Positions 50,734-60,010 of a DNA stretch of 64,000 nt are shown one piece after another. Each line of letters starts with the position of its first letter. Position 1 is the first letter of the stretch. The notes beneath the pieces are model-generated. The model was given only the letters and a program-made list of their open reading frames with translations, did not search any database and was not told the origin of the DNA. Made by a program: the position numbers and the translations under genes. The DNA is taken from NCBI GenBank assembly GCA_963736005.1, contig CAVTNB010000001.1:608001-672000 (forward strand). Reading direction: 5' to 3'. The stretch comes from an uncultured Pseudomonadota bacterium (lineage in GTDB: Bacteria > Vulcanimicrobiota > Vulcanimicrobiia > Eremiobacterales > Eremiobacteraceae).

Positions 50734-50810
50734 TGGCTAAAGGAGTTCGGCTGCGCGCTCGAAGGAACCTAGGTTGTGACGCAACGGTGAGCTAACGTTC
50801 GGTAGCGCCT

Positions 50811-51398
50811 TCAGATCTGCGAGGACTGATCCTCGGTCAACCACTTGTCAACCACCTTGGCGCGCGGCGTGTGGCCAGGATACGTGCCGTGCGGGTGTTT
50901 GCGCAACCATTCCCGTGCGCGCATCGCCATGTACTCGAAGTTTGCGAACTGCCAATCGCCGCGCCGCCGTCGCAAGATGGCGATGACCGGTTCGAGGCGG
51001 TCCCAATACGCCACGGTCAGGCGAGCGAACAAATCCATCCAAGCGCTTTCTTCCACAAGATTGTTCTTGAGTAGCGTGCCGACCGCATTGAACCAGTTGC
51101 AGGCGATAATCTCAAGATGCACACGAGAGTCGAGCAAGCCGAGCGCATCGAGCTCTTTGCGAAATTCCTCGTTGCGCAACTTGTAAGGTAGCTCCGCCTG
51201 CACAAAGCGCAACGCTTCCTGCATGTCGCTGCCGCGCAGATCACGTTCCATTGAGATCACGGCACTGATCTGATTAAACGAGGCGGCATGGTGGAGCGAA
51301 ATGGCGGCCGCAATGACGCTGGCCAGCAGCAATAAGAAGGTTCCCACCGTGGCCCAGGTGTTCAACGCTGTATAGTCGATCGCGAATTCAAGCGTCAT
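50811..51398 (-). CDS. DUF4760-like membrane-anchored protein
   Basis: N-terminal TM, NWFNAVG.L, W..L.P.I...R, NFEY. Confidence 0.65.
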   Translation of the reverse strand: MTLEFAIDYTALNTWATVGTFLLLLASVIAAAISLHHAASFNQISAVISMERDLRGSDMQEALRFVQAELPYKLRNEEFRKELDALGLLDSRVHLEIIACNWFNAVGTLLKNNLVEESAWMDLFARLTVAYWDRLEPVIAILRRRRGDWQFANFEYMAMRAREWLRKHPHGTYPGHTPRAKVVDKWLTEDQSSQI

Positions 51399-51449
51399 GA
51401 GTTAGTTCTCGTACCCTCCTAGACGTATCTAACCTCACCTGCGGGCAAA

Positions 51450-53231
51450 CTATGCAGGTTGTATCTGTGCTTCCGCCAGTTGACGTTGTAGCAGTTCAAC
51501 TCGACGTCGTAGCGATTCTGCTTCCAGATGATCGTAAGCCGCGGCGGCACCAGGCGCGAGATTGCCAATCGCCTTGATCTCATCCGGGTCGAGGCTTTCT
51601 CCGTGGATATGAGAGCCGTAGAATACAATCGCCGCGAGTTCGCGGCGGACGATGATCGGCAATGTCAGGACCGGGTGAGCTGGTCCCGAAGGCACGCCTT
51701 CTGTACGCCAGGGGTGATCGTAAAGGGAGAGAGGTCCATTCTCCGCCTGGGCCAGCATCAACAGGGGATCATCCGTATGATCCAATCTTGATATGTTGGT
51801 TGCATCCCATCCCGCCGACTCTTCACGGACGTACATGCCATCTGGTCCACGACGGAAAAGGGCTGCGGAGGCTAACGACATCGCGCGTGCAGGCTCATCG
51901 ACCAGGAAGTGCGCGACAGCGTTTGTGGTGGGGGCCAGGGGCAATGCGGCCGCATCTCTTGCGAGCTGGCGTTCGGCCCGGTGGCGCTGACGGAAGAACG
52001 TCGCTTCGATTAATGAATCTACCCGCTTATGTAGCCCATTGAACCAAAAGCCACCAGCAACGGCGACACCCATCTCGGCTATAGTACCTAGTCTTGCGAG
52101 TTTGAGCTTGTCGATGAAGAGCCAATCAACGAGGGCAAAAGCACCGACGAGCAAGCTCGTTAGTATCCCGTAAACGAGCGTGCGGCTGACGACAAAGCTC
52201 ACGTCAATGACGCGATGTCTGATGACCGCGTAGGCTACGGTCAGTGGCACGATGACGGTGGATAGCTGAAACACATGTGCCAGCCATATTGGCTCGCTGG
52301 GCACGTACACGTCGAGGAAGAGACTCACAGACTGTATGGCCAAGTTGAGGCCAAACCCAACAACGACCCACCGAATGCGCTGTCTGTCTCCGCCGCGAGC
52401 GCGCATATACGTGTCCACGAACAAATACATCACCATGAGCGACCAGAGCGCAGGTATGCCGACGTAGATGCGGGTTAACAGCTCACCTGGCGGGCCGCCT
52501 ACCCAGCCCCACCAGTACGTGAAAAAAAAGCCGTAAATGAGCAGAGCTGCGAAAAGCAATGGCATCGTTCGGAGCGCCGAAAGCCGCAATCCCTTTAGCG
52601 GCTCGTTGAGGAAGCACAGCGCAAAGGCGAGCAATCCGACGATCCCGGCGGAGATGAGGAGCCAGCTGGCTGAGTACACCACATAGGGCCATGGAAACGG
52701 GAACAAGAGCGTTATGGCGTAATACGTAAAAGGAGTATTGGCTAAACAGTAGAGGAAGAATCCCCAGGTCATCAGGCTGGGTCGAAGCAACACGAGCGCG
52801 GCGCCGAGGACAATATAGAGCACAGCAACGCCAAGAATTGCAATTCGATAGGCTGCGTAAAAGTGCTCTCCTTCTGTTACCTGGGGTCTCGCGGTGAGCG
52901 TAACCAGTCGTAGAACGCCTCTGTGTGTCAACCCAAAAGTGACCTTCTGGCCGGCCTGGAGGGTGCCCGACTGCGCGGCGTACCACCTGAACCGCGCCGG
53001 GGTCGATTGTAGACTAATGGTATCGCCAATTTCCATTCCCGCCTTGGCAGCCGGTGAGCCATCAGCAACGTAGATCAACACGTCATTGCCATTGAGCGCG
53101 TAACCAAAATCGCCGATAGGGACCCATATTCGCCGCAAGTCCAATCCGCCCGCCACAAGCACAAGCAGCGACAACGCGACGACGATCAACGTGCGCAGGG
53201 TGGCTTTGTTAACTGTACTTCGTGTAACCAC
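51450..53231 (-). CDS. PDZ-like + multi-TM + GAF-like membrane receptor with no output domain
   Basis: GSPAAKAGMEIGD PDZ motif, about 9 TMs, YAVIRHRVID, GAF-like C-terminus ending in a short coiled coil. Confidence 0.75.
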   Translation of the reverse strand: MVTRSTVNKATLRTLIVVALSLLVLVAGGLDLRRIWVPIGDFGYALNGNDVLIYVADGSPAAKAGMEIGDTISLQSTPARFRWYAAQSGTLQAGQKVTFGLTHRGVLRLVTLTARPQVTEGEHFYAAYRIAILGVAVLYIVLGAALVLLRPSLMTWGFFLYCLANTPFTYYAITLLFPFPWPYVVYSASWLLISAGIVGLLAFALCFLNEPLKGLRLSALRTMPLLFAALLIYGFFFTYWWGWVGGPPGELLTRIYVGIPALWSLMVMYLFVDTYMRARGGDRQRIRWVVVGFGLNLAIQSVSLFLDVYVPSEPIWLAHVFQLSTVIVPLTVAYAVIRHRVIDVSFVVSRTLVYGILTSLLVGAFALVDWLFIDKLKLARLGTIAEMGVAVAGGFWFNGLHKRVDSLIEATFFRQRHRAERQLARDAAALPLAPTTNAVAHFLVDEPARAMSLASAALFRRGPDGMYVREESAGWDATNISRLDHTDDPLLMLAQAENGPLSLYDHPWRTEGVPSGPAHPVLTLPIIVRRELAAIVFYGSHIHGESLDPDEIKAIGNLAPGAAAAYDHLEAESLRRRVELLQRQLAEAQIQPA

Positions 53232-53285
53232 GTGCGATCCTACAATAATTCGCCCCGCCGCTTTCTGTAACGGGGAGAAAGTGGC

Positions 53286-54470
53286 TTACGGATCGACTTC
53301 GTAGAATGCGCTCATGCCACCCATCATGTGGTCGCTGACATGGCAATGGAACAGCCAGACACCAGGGTCATCCGGGACCATGTCGGCGGTTACCATTTGG
53401 GCAGGTGAAAGCGCAATAACGTCGGTGCGTTGCCCGTTGACCAGCACCGTGTTGCCATGCCAATGCGCGGTGTGGAAATTGAACCCGAAGCCGATGGCAA
53501 GCAGATACCAACGCACGTGATCACCCTGCTTCATGACCATTTTTGGCCCATTGCCATAGCTATAGCCGTTGATCGTGAACCTAAAGTTGCTGTTGACAAA
53601 ACCACTTCCGTTCAACGAGAAATCGTTCTCTGCATCGACAGGAACCGCCCCAAATCGAACGGCCTCCTTCATCGTGCCTTTTGGGTCGTGAGTGTAAGCC
53701 TGGATGTTGTGATTCAAATACCAGCTCTGATTCTCGTCGAAAATGTTGAAGAGCGCGACGAATTCACGATCCACATCTTTTGGTGTGCCGTCTGGCCGCG
53801 CCATACCGTGTCGCGTAACGACGATAGCGCCAACCAGCCCGGAGTCGATGTCACGTAGTTCGTTCACGTGGGAGTGATACAGCCAGACAATGGAGCTTGG
53901 ATCGTTCGGGCCCGGTCCTGCGCGTTCTGGAACTTCCCACGTATAGGTGTAGGTATGACCAGGCGGCACCGCGCCACCCTCCTTGTCGCTGAGGGGACTT
54001 CCGTCGTTATAGGCCTGGCCTTCCGAGTCTTTTTTGTAGAAGACGCCGTGCGGGTGCATGCTGTACGGGCGCGAGGCGTTATTCTTGAAGACAACCTTAA
54101 TCGTGTCTCCTACCTCGGCGTGAATGATCGGCCCTAAGAGTCCCAAGTATTGCTCGCTGGACGGCCGAACCTTAAGTTTCGTGAACGTTGCATCCGTATA
54201 CTCGCGATACATTGCCTTACGGTAAACTTTACCGATGGAATGCGAGCCGCGAGTCATATACACTTTTTGATCTGCATCGAATGGCTTGCCGCTGACTTCG
54301 TCGATGTTGCTCGGAGCGTAATCCCATTCGACCTCATCGGCGGCGATATAATAGGTACGAACAGTTCCCGCGTTCGCACCGCTCGTGTCAGCCGCCTGAC
54401 TCGGCAGGCAAAAAAGCGACGCCATGAAAACCAGCAAGCTAAAGAGCACGCTACGACGGACTGTCGACAT
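53286..54470 (-). CDS. Two-domain ceruloplasmin-like multicopper oxidase
   Basis: YYIAADEVEWDYAP, HPHG, WLYHSH, HTAHWH, HCHVSDHMMGGM. Confidence 0.9.
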   Translation of the reverse strand: MSTVRRSVLFSLLVFMASLFCLPSQAADTSGANAGTVRTYYIAADEVEWDYAPSNIDEVSGKPFDADQKVYMTRGSHSIGKVYRKAMYREYTDATFTKLKVRPSSEQYLGLLGPIIHAEVGDTIKVVFKNNASRPYSMHPHGVFYKKDSEGQAYNDGSPLSDKEGGAVPPGHTYTYTWEVPERAGPGPNDPSSIVWLYHSHVNELRDIDSGLVGAIVVTRHGMARPDGTPKDVDREFVALFNIFDENQSWYLNHNIQAYTHDPKGTMKEAVRFGAVPVDAENDFSLNGSGFVNSNFRFTINGYSYGNGPKMVMKQGDHVRWYLLAIGFGFNFHTAHWHGNTVLVNGQRTDVIALSPAQMVTADMVPDDPGVWLFHCHVSDHMMGGMSAFYEVDP

Positions 54471-54656
54471 GTCTTCTACTTCCTCCTCGAGACTGCGCAA
54501 AAAAATATACTAAAGGCGCGACCGAAGAAATGATTATCAGCCGCTCCTCGCTTGGCACGTTATTCAGCGGCCATTAGGAGGCTCCTTGCTTAGCGATACT
54601 CGACGTCACCTGCTCATCGAGGTGACGCACTCTGGCCGCACAAACTACAGGGCGGC

Positions 54657-55262
54657 ATGAAGCTCATTGTTCGCCCGCTCACGCTTGATCTTTGGCCAGC
54701 GTTCAAGGACCTCTTCGGCAAGAACGGCGCCTCCAATGGCTGCTGGTGCATGTATTGGCGGATTGGCAGCGCGTATCGGAAGCGGCTGCGCGAGAGAAAC
54801 AGGTCGGCATTTCGAGAGGTCGTGAAGCGCGGTCCGCCACCGGGCCTACTCGCCTTCGACGGCGACCTTGCGGTGGGCTGGTGCCAACTTACCCCGCGTG
54901 ATGCCCTGCCGTGGCTCGAGCAGGTGCGGCGACGGCAGCGCATGGACGACGCACCGGTCTGGTCGCTCTCCTGCTTCTATGTGCGCAGAGGCTATCGCAA
55001 GCGGGGAGTTCAGTTTGCACTGATTGGAGCGGCCTTGAAGTTCGCAAAACGCGCAAAGGCTCTCGCGCTCGAAGCTTATCCCATCGATACGAAGCAACCA
55101 AAGAGCACCTCGAATCTTTTTACTGGTACCGCCTCGACATTCACGCGCGCAGGATTCAAGACCGTTGCCCGCCTCGTGCCATACCGCGTGCTGATGCGCT
55201 ACGATCTGAAAACGAGCCGCGATGATGCTCGAACGCCAAAGAAAAAGGGAGGGCACCTCTAG
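54657..55262 (+). CDS. GNAT family acetyltransferase
   Basis: CWCMYWR, VGWC, SCFYV...YRKRGV, LEAYP. Confidence 0.88.
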   Translation: MKLIVRPLTLDLWPAFKDLFGKNGASNGCWCMYWRIGSAYRKRLRERNRSAFREVVKRGPPPGLLAFDGDLAVGWCQLTPRDALPWLEQVRRRQRMDDAPVWSLSCFYVRRGYRKRGVQFALIGAALKFAKRAKALALEAYPIDTKQPKSTSNLFTGTASTFTRAGFKTVARLVPYRVLMRYDLKTSRDDARTPKKKGGHL

Positions 55263-55314
55263 GCCGGTGCGCTCCCTGATGCACCCGACGCTTCGGGCGC
55301 TTTAGGGTTTCGTG

Positions 55315-55422
55315 TTACGCGTTTCCGCACCACGTGCCGACGACGCTACATTCTTGTCCGAGGGCTTCGGCTAAGACTGTCTTCGCATCGAGCGAGGCGA
55401 GGATTCTCGGTGTGGAGTACAT
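55315..55422 (-). CDS. 35-aa putative RiPP-like precursor peptide
   Basis: AAAAGGAG RBS, MYSTPRILASLDAKTVLAEALGQECSVVGTWCGNA, downstream hairpin. Confidence 0.6.
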   Translation of the reverse strand: MYSTPRILASLDAKTVLAEALGQECSVVGTWCGNA

Positions 55423-55831
55423 GAGGAAGATTCTCCTTTTGAACCATCGGAGAGAGCGCCTCATCGCGCCCGATCGCTCCGTGTAGGCGGGCGACAAGAT
55501 TAATTGTACTCCCCCCGGCGTGCTATACCGCGGTGCAAAAGCCCCACGCGCCCAGAGACGCAAGCCCACTACGGCCCATATGAGGCGTACACGAGACGTA
55601 GTCCGGTGGAGTAATCGCTCGCTTACTAAGTGAGCGTGCATCATTTCTTGACGATCACGCCTCCGGATGAGTACTGTACGGACCATGTCTTGCTGTGGTG
55701 TAAATCACATCCGCAAAAATCCGCGTTTACTGTTACCAAATTCGCGGGAGACTCGGAGAGGTTGAGTAACCTTTTCTTTTCTCTTACGTCGTCGTGTTGT
55801 CATTATTTGTGACCGTCTGGATTGGGGTGCC

Positions 55832-56446
55832 GTGCGGATCAAAGAGTTTGCAGCAGCAATCAAAGCGCGAGCAACTTCAATGCTTGGAGCGGACCCGCAC
55901 GTTACGCGGCGCGACTTCTTACTCAATCTTATGCCCGAGGGATCCATATGTGCCGAAATAGGAGTTTTTAAGGGAGAGTTTTCATCCCGCATATTCCAGC
56001 TCGTCAAACCGCAGAGGCTCCATTTAATTGATCCCTGGAAATACGAGCAATCGACAACCTATGAGCACACGTGGTACGGCGGCCGGCTTGGTATAAGTCA
56101 AGCCAATATGGACCATATGTTTTACGCGGTCGCGGCCCGATTTAAGCACCAACGTAATGCCGGTACTGTCAGCATCCATAGGATGGAGTCAGCGACCGCT
56201 GCGGGGCTCTTCTCTAATGATTACTTCGACTGGGTGTACATCGATGGCAATCACAGCTACGACTACGTCAGGGCAGATCTTCTGAACTTCTATCCAAAAG
56301 TAAAAACCGGAGGCTTTATCACGGGCGATGACTACGGCTCTCAGGGTTGGTGGGGTGATGGCGTCACGAGAGCCGTGGACGAATTTCGTCGTGACTGTAC
56401 CACCGTCTTGATTCAGTCATCCCAATTCATTTTGCAGAAAACTTGA
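55832..56446 (+). CDS. Class I SAM-dependent methyltransferase (Methyltransf_24-like)
   Basis: AEIGVFKG, LIDPW, DWVYIDGNHSY, GGFITGDDY. Confidence 0.88.
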   Translation: MRIKEFAAAIKARATSMLGADPHVTRRDFLLNLMPEGSICAEIGVFKGEFSSRIFQLVKPQRLHLIDPWKYEQSTTYEHTWYGGRLGISQANMDHMFYAVAARFKHQRNAGTVSIHRMESATAAGLFSNDYFDWVYIDGNHSYDYVRADLLNFYPKVKTGGFITGDDYGSQGWWGDGVTRAVDEFRRDCTTVLIQSSQFILQKT

Positions 56447-56449
56447 CCC

Positions 56450-57058
56450 ATGACAAAAAATATACTCGAGGTTCTCTCGCGACGACCATCGCGGCGAAGT
56501 GAAATTCAGCGGGTGTCGCTGGTCGATCCGTTGCGGCGATTCAATGGTTCAGATTTCGCACAGTTCAAATTGTTCAACACCCTTGCCAAAGCAATTGCGA
56601 CGCAGACCTCCATCATGGTCGAGTCGCTCCTCGGCGATGAAGCGATCCTCGATTGGAAGAAAGTCGGCGATTATGCAACCACACACCAAATTGCGGATCT
56701 CAGCATCCTCTGTAGTGACTGTCTCGTTCAATTTACCATCAAGGATCTGAAACTTGACGGCGCCTTGCCTCCGCTCAACGCGGGCCTGATCGTTGATATT
56801 CTGAGTCTTGTTCGTCTGATGTATGGCGACTTTGCCACAGGAGACACCTTCGGACTGCTCACCTTTGAAGAATCTCTGGAATCGCGAGACGTGAATGATC
56901 CCCAGGACATCCGCTACTTAACACGATTGCTCGATCAACTGATGAACATACCTCAATCGCCGAAGAACCCGCAGCGTGAGGCAAAGATTCACAAACTACG
57001 TACCTTGTTTAGTGAACACCGGCGCGCATTTTCATACACATTACACAGCGTTCTTTAG
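56450..57058 (+). CDS. Hypothetical protein
   Basis: 202-aa ORF 3 nt after the methyltransferase; no recognised motif. Confidence 0.5.
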   Translation: MTKNILEVLSRRPSRRSEIQRVSLVDPLRRFNGSDFAQFKLFNTLAKAIATQTSIMVESLLGDEAILDWKKVGDYATTHQIADLSILCSDCLVQFTIKDLKLDGALPPLNAGLIVDILSLVRLMYGDFATGDTFGLLTFEESLESRDVNDPQDIRYLTRLLDQLMNIPQSPKNPQREAKIHKLRTLFSEHRRAFSYTLHSVL

Positions 57059-57651
57059 AGTTTGTTCCAGTCACTTTCGGATGCGCCGCGCCACTCCATG
57101 GCCGTGCTGATTTCATCCGCGAGCGAACGTCCCCACAAGTCGGCAACCAGAGCGAGCGACATGTCGATGCCTGCGGAGATACCCGCCGAGGTCCACACTC
57201 GCTCATGGATTGTCATGCGAGGGCCTTCGCGAACGACCACACCGGGGTGGGCTCGCAGCATATCGTAAGCGGTGTGATGCGTGGTTGCTTCTTTACCTTC
57301 GAGCAAACCCGCAGCCGCGAGCACCAACGCGCCCGTGCAAACCGATGCAACGATGCCTTGTTGCCGGCGGATGAAGTCGAGAATGGGCTTGCTCTTGACG
57401 GCGTGCGTGCGCGCGCCCAAACCGCCTGGGACGATCAACAGATCGAAGTCTGCGCAGTCCGAAATGAGCTCGTGCGCGACAACCTGCAATCCATATCGAC
57501 AGCGTACCTTGCGCGAGTCGTGCCCAACAATGCTAACCGCACCCTTCTCTCGCAAGCGCACCGCCATCCCAAACACTTCAAGCGGGCCTACGAAATCAAG
57601 TTCTTCAACGTCATCAAAGACGAGGATTCCGATGCGATCAACTTCACGCAT
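57055..57651 (-). CDS. DJ-1/PfpI family protein (InhA-like)
   Basis: ELDFVGPLEVF, VPGG, SVCTG, SAGISAGID. Confidence 0.9.
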   Translation of the reverse strand: MREVDRIGILVFDDVEELDFVGPLEVFGMAVRLREKGAVSIVGHDSRKVRCRYGLQVVAHELISDCADFDLLIVPGGLGARTHAVKSKPILDFIRRQQGIVASVCTGALVLAAAGLLEGKEATTHHTAYDMLRAHPGVVVREGPRMTIHERVWTSAGISAGIDMSLALVADLWGRSLADEISTAMEWRGASESDWNKL

Positions 57652-57747
57652 AGCCGCTCATGACTCCACACTAGCGAGTCGCGTTCCCTGCCGCCGGCGC
57701 TAGCATGACAGTCTTGCGCTAACTGAGAACGTACGCCAACGCGTGCT

Positions 57748-57774
57748 CGGGCGATGTTCCAATCGCCCGCTACA
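57748..57774. repeat. GTAG-type REP-like palindrome, family B
   Basis: CGGGCGAT-GTTCCA-ATCGCCCG-CTACA. Confidence 0.7.
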
Positions 57775-57787
57775 GAGGTAGCCGACA

Positions 57788-58392
57788 TGGCGTCGTTCGA
57801 TCACATAGCGCCCATCGCATCGCTCGTTATCTCTTTTGCAACGGTGCTCTTTAGCACGCTGCTGCTTTCCCGGCAAGTGCGACAAATGGAGCACGAACGC
57901 AACGCCCTTGCCATTCTTCGCGCGATCGAGCGTCTGACGTCCCCAACGATCGTGCACGTCTTTATTCAGCTTCGGGACGTCGCGGCGCGCTACCCAAACG
58001 ACGAAGCTCTGCGTGACCGATTCCTCGGCTCGGCTGACGAGGAAGCCCTCGAGATAGTTGGACAATATGTGGAGACGATCGCTACTTTGGCCCGCCGTGA
58101 GGTGCTCGACGCCTCGCTCCTCGTTGATGCGGTAGGGCTAATGCTGCGGACTCGTTGGACCGCCATTCGAGACTTTGTCTACCACCTGCGACGCTTTCAG
58201 GGCAATCCGTATATGTTCGAAAATTTCGAGTGGCTCGCCCGTTACAGTGCGTGGTGGAAGGAAGTGCCGCGCCCCGCTGGTACGGAAAACTATCAAGACT
58301 CGCAGTTTGTTCCGAGCATCGACGATGAATTCGAGCACTTGCAGAAGCGGGCGATTTCCGAGTCGCCTACCGCGGAGCAAACGGTGCCATGA
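57788..58392 (+). CDS. DUF4760-like membrane-anchored protein
   Basis: N-terminal TM, YVETIATL, W..IRDFV..LR, ENFEWLA. Confidence 0.65.
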
Positions 58393-58823
58393 AATGGGTC
58401 ACACGCAAGAATGCCAACGTCGACCGCATCGCGTGTCCGTGGCTGATTCAACGCTTCGTCGATCCTAAAGCCGAGTTCTTGTATGTTGGAAGCGATGACG
58501 TGATGCGCGTGGCACAAGCCGAGGGCGCGACACCGTATGACGTGCCGAACGTCGAACTAGGGCATGTTGACGGGCGCTGTAGTTTTGAGTCGATCCTCGT
58601 CAAATATGATTTGCAAGATCCCGCGCTTCGATTGCTTGGGAGGATCGTTCATGGGGCTGATGTGGCGGACGATATTTCGATTGAGCCGGAGGCAGCGGGC
58701 TTGCGTGCGATGGCCCAGGGATTCGCGACCGTTTATGGCGACGCCGACCACGAGAAACTCTCACTCGAGTGGCCAATGTACGATGCCCTGTACGCGTGGT
58801 GCCAAAATAAGCTGAAGTCTTGA
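58389..58823 (+). CDS. chrB: Chromate resistance protein ChrB-like (C-terminal domain only)
   Basis: MKWVTR...VDRIACPWLI.RFVD, H..GRCSF, YDALY. Confidence 0.88.
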   Translation: MKWVTRKNANVDRIACPWLIQRFVDPKAEFLYVGSDDVMRVAQAEGATPYDVPNVELGHVDGRCSFESILVKYDLQDPALRLLGRIVHGADVADDISIEPEAAGLRAMAQGFATVYGDADHEKLSLEWPMYDALYAWCQNKLKS

Positions 58824-58833
58824 ATCAAACCCC

Positions 58834-59982
58834 GTGACAACGTTCAATATTATTGTCGCCGCGCGAGTGACGCGCGCGTTCGGGTTCGGCGTGATGTCCG
58901 TAGCTCTGGCTCTGTACCTCAGCGAGCGCGGGCTGTCTCCATTTGCGGTCGGCGCGATGTTGACTTTGGCACTCTTGGCCGGCGCAGCGTTCCTCTCGAT
59001 GGCGGCGCCGCTCAGCGGAAAGCTCGGTAGGCGCGACGCACTCCTCATCGCCGCGGGAGCGATGTGTGCTGCGGGTCTCGCCCTGGGCATCCCTGGCGGA
59101 TGGTTGACCCTTGTGCTGGCATGTTTGCTGGGCACGCTGAGCGCGGGAGGTCAGGAAGTCGGCCCGTTCGCCGCGATAGAACAGCACGCCGTCGCAGAAT
59201 CGGTGCCCGCCTCCGCTTCGGCGCATGCTTTTGCAATCTACAACCTCGGAGGCGCGTTCGCGCTCGCTTTGGGTGCCCTCGCCGCCGCTGCGATTCCAAC
59301 AGCTTCCATTCCATGGGCGTACGCCGGCTGCGGCCTCTTGCTTTTTGCCGTGTATGCCACGCTCCCTAAAGAGAGCGCGGCGCCACTTTCCAGACCCGCT
59401 GCAGCCAACCGCAAGCCGTTCGGCCCGGCCGAGCGCCTCGCGGTGTTGTTTGGGGTGGACGCACTCGCCGGTGGTTTCGTCGTGCAAAGTTTTCTCGCGT
59501 ATTGGTTGCACGTGCGCTTCGGTGCGGACCAGCAGCAGCTCGGGCTTGTTCTCTTTGGAGCTAACACCTTAGCCGCGCTGTCGTACCCGCTAGCAGCATG
59601 GCTCTCGCTACGAATCGGGTTGCTGCGCACGATGGTGTTCACGCATCTGCCGTCAAACGTGCTGCTCTGCATCGTGCCATTGATGCCGACATTCCACGGC
59701 GCTGTCGCCGTGTTACTTGCCCGCTTTGCTCTGTCGCAGATGGACGTGCCGACGCGCCAAGCATTCACGCTCGCCTCGGTGGAACCAGAAAACCGCGCGC
59801 ACGCGGCCGCACTGACCAACGCTGTAAGACCCGCCGCAGCGGCGATCGCGCCCATCTTCGCGGGGATTGCTATGCAGACGGCGGCAGTCGGGTTGCCATT
59901 CTTTCTTGCAGGCGGGTTAAAGATCGTCTACGATCTTGCAATCTTTGCGTCGTTCCGAAGGGTTGACCAAACCGGGCCCTAA
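58834..59982 (+). CDS. MFS transporter
   Basis: Multiple TMs, GRRDAL, EVGPF, MVFTHLPSN, SQMDVPTRQ. Confidence 0.9.
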   Translation: MTTFNIIVAARVTRAFGFGVMSVALALYLSERGLSPFAVGAMLTLALLAGAAFLSMAAPLSGKLGRRDALLIAAGAMCAAGLALGIPGGWLTLVLACLLGTLSAGGQEVGPFAAIEQHAVAESVPASASAHAFAIYNLGGAFALALGALAAAAIPTASIPWAYAGCGLLLFAVYATLPKESAAPLSRPAAANRKPFGPAERLAVLFGVDALAGGFVVQSFLAYWLHVRFGADQQQLGLVLFGANTLAALSYPLAAWLSLRIGLLRTMVFTHLPSNVLLCIVPLMPTFHGAVAVLLARFALSQMDVPTRQAFTLASVEPENRAHAAALTNAVRPAAAAIAPIFAGIAMQTAAVGLPFFLAGGLKIVYDLAIFASFRRVDQTGP

Positions 59983-59984
59983 CA

Positions 59985-60009
59985 GGCGATTTTTCAGTTG
60001 CCCGCTACA
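59985..60009. repeat. GTAG-type REP-like palindrome, family B (degenerate)
   Basis: GGCGATTTTTCAGTTGCC-CGCTACA between convergent genes. Confidence 0.6.
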
Positions 60010-60010
60010 A

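Noticed and set aside
55315..55686. 123-aa ORF as listed in the ORF track
   Set aside because: No convincing RBS or protein-like character upstream; the strong RBS sits before the internal ATG at 55422
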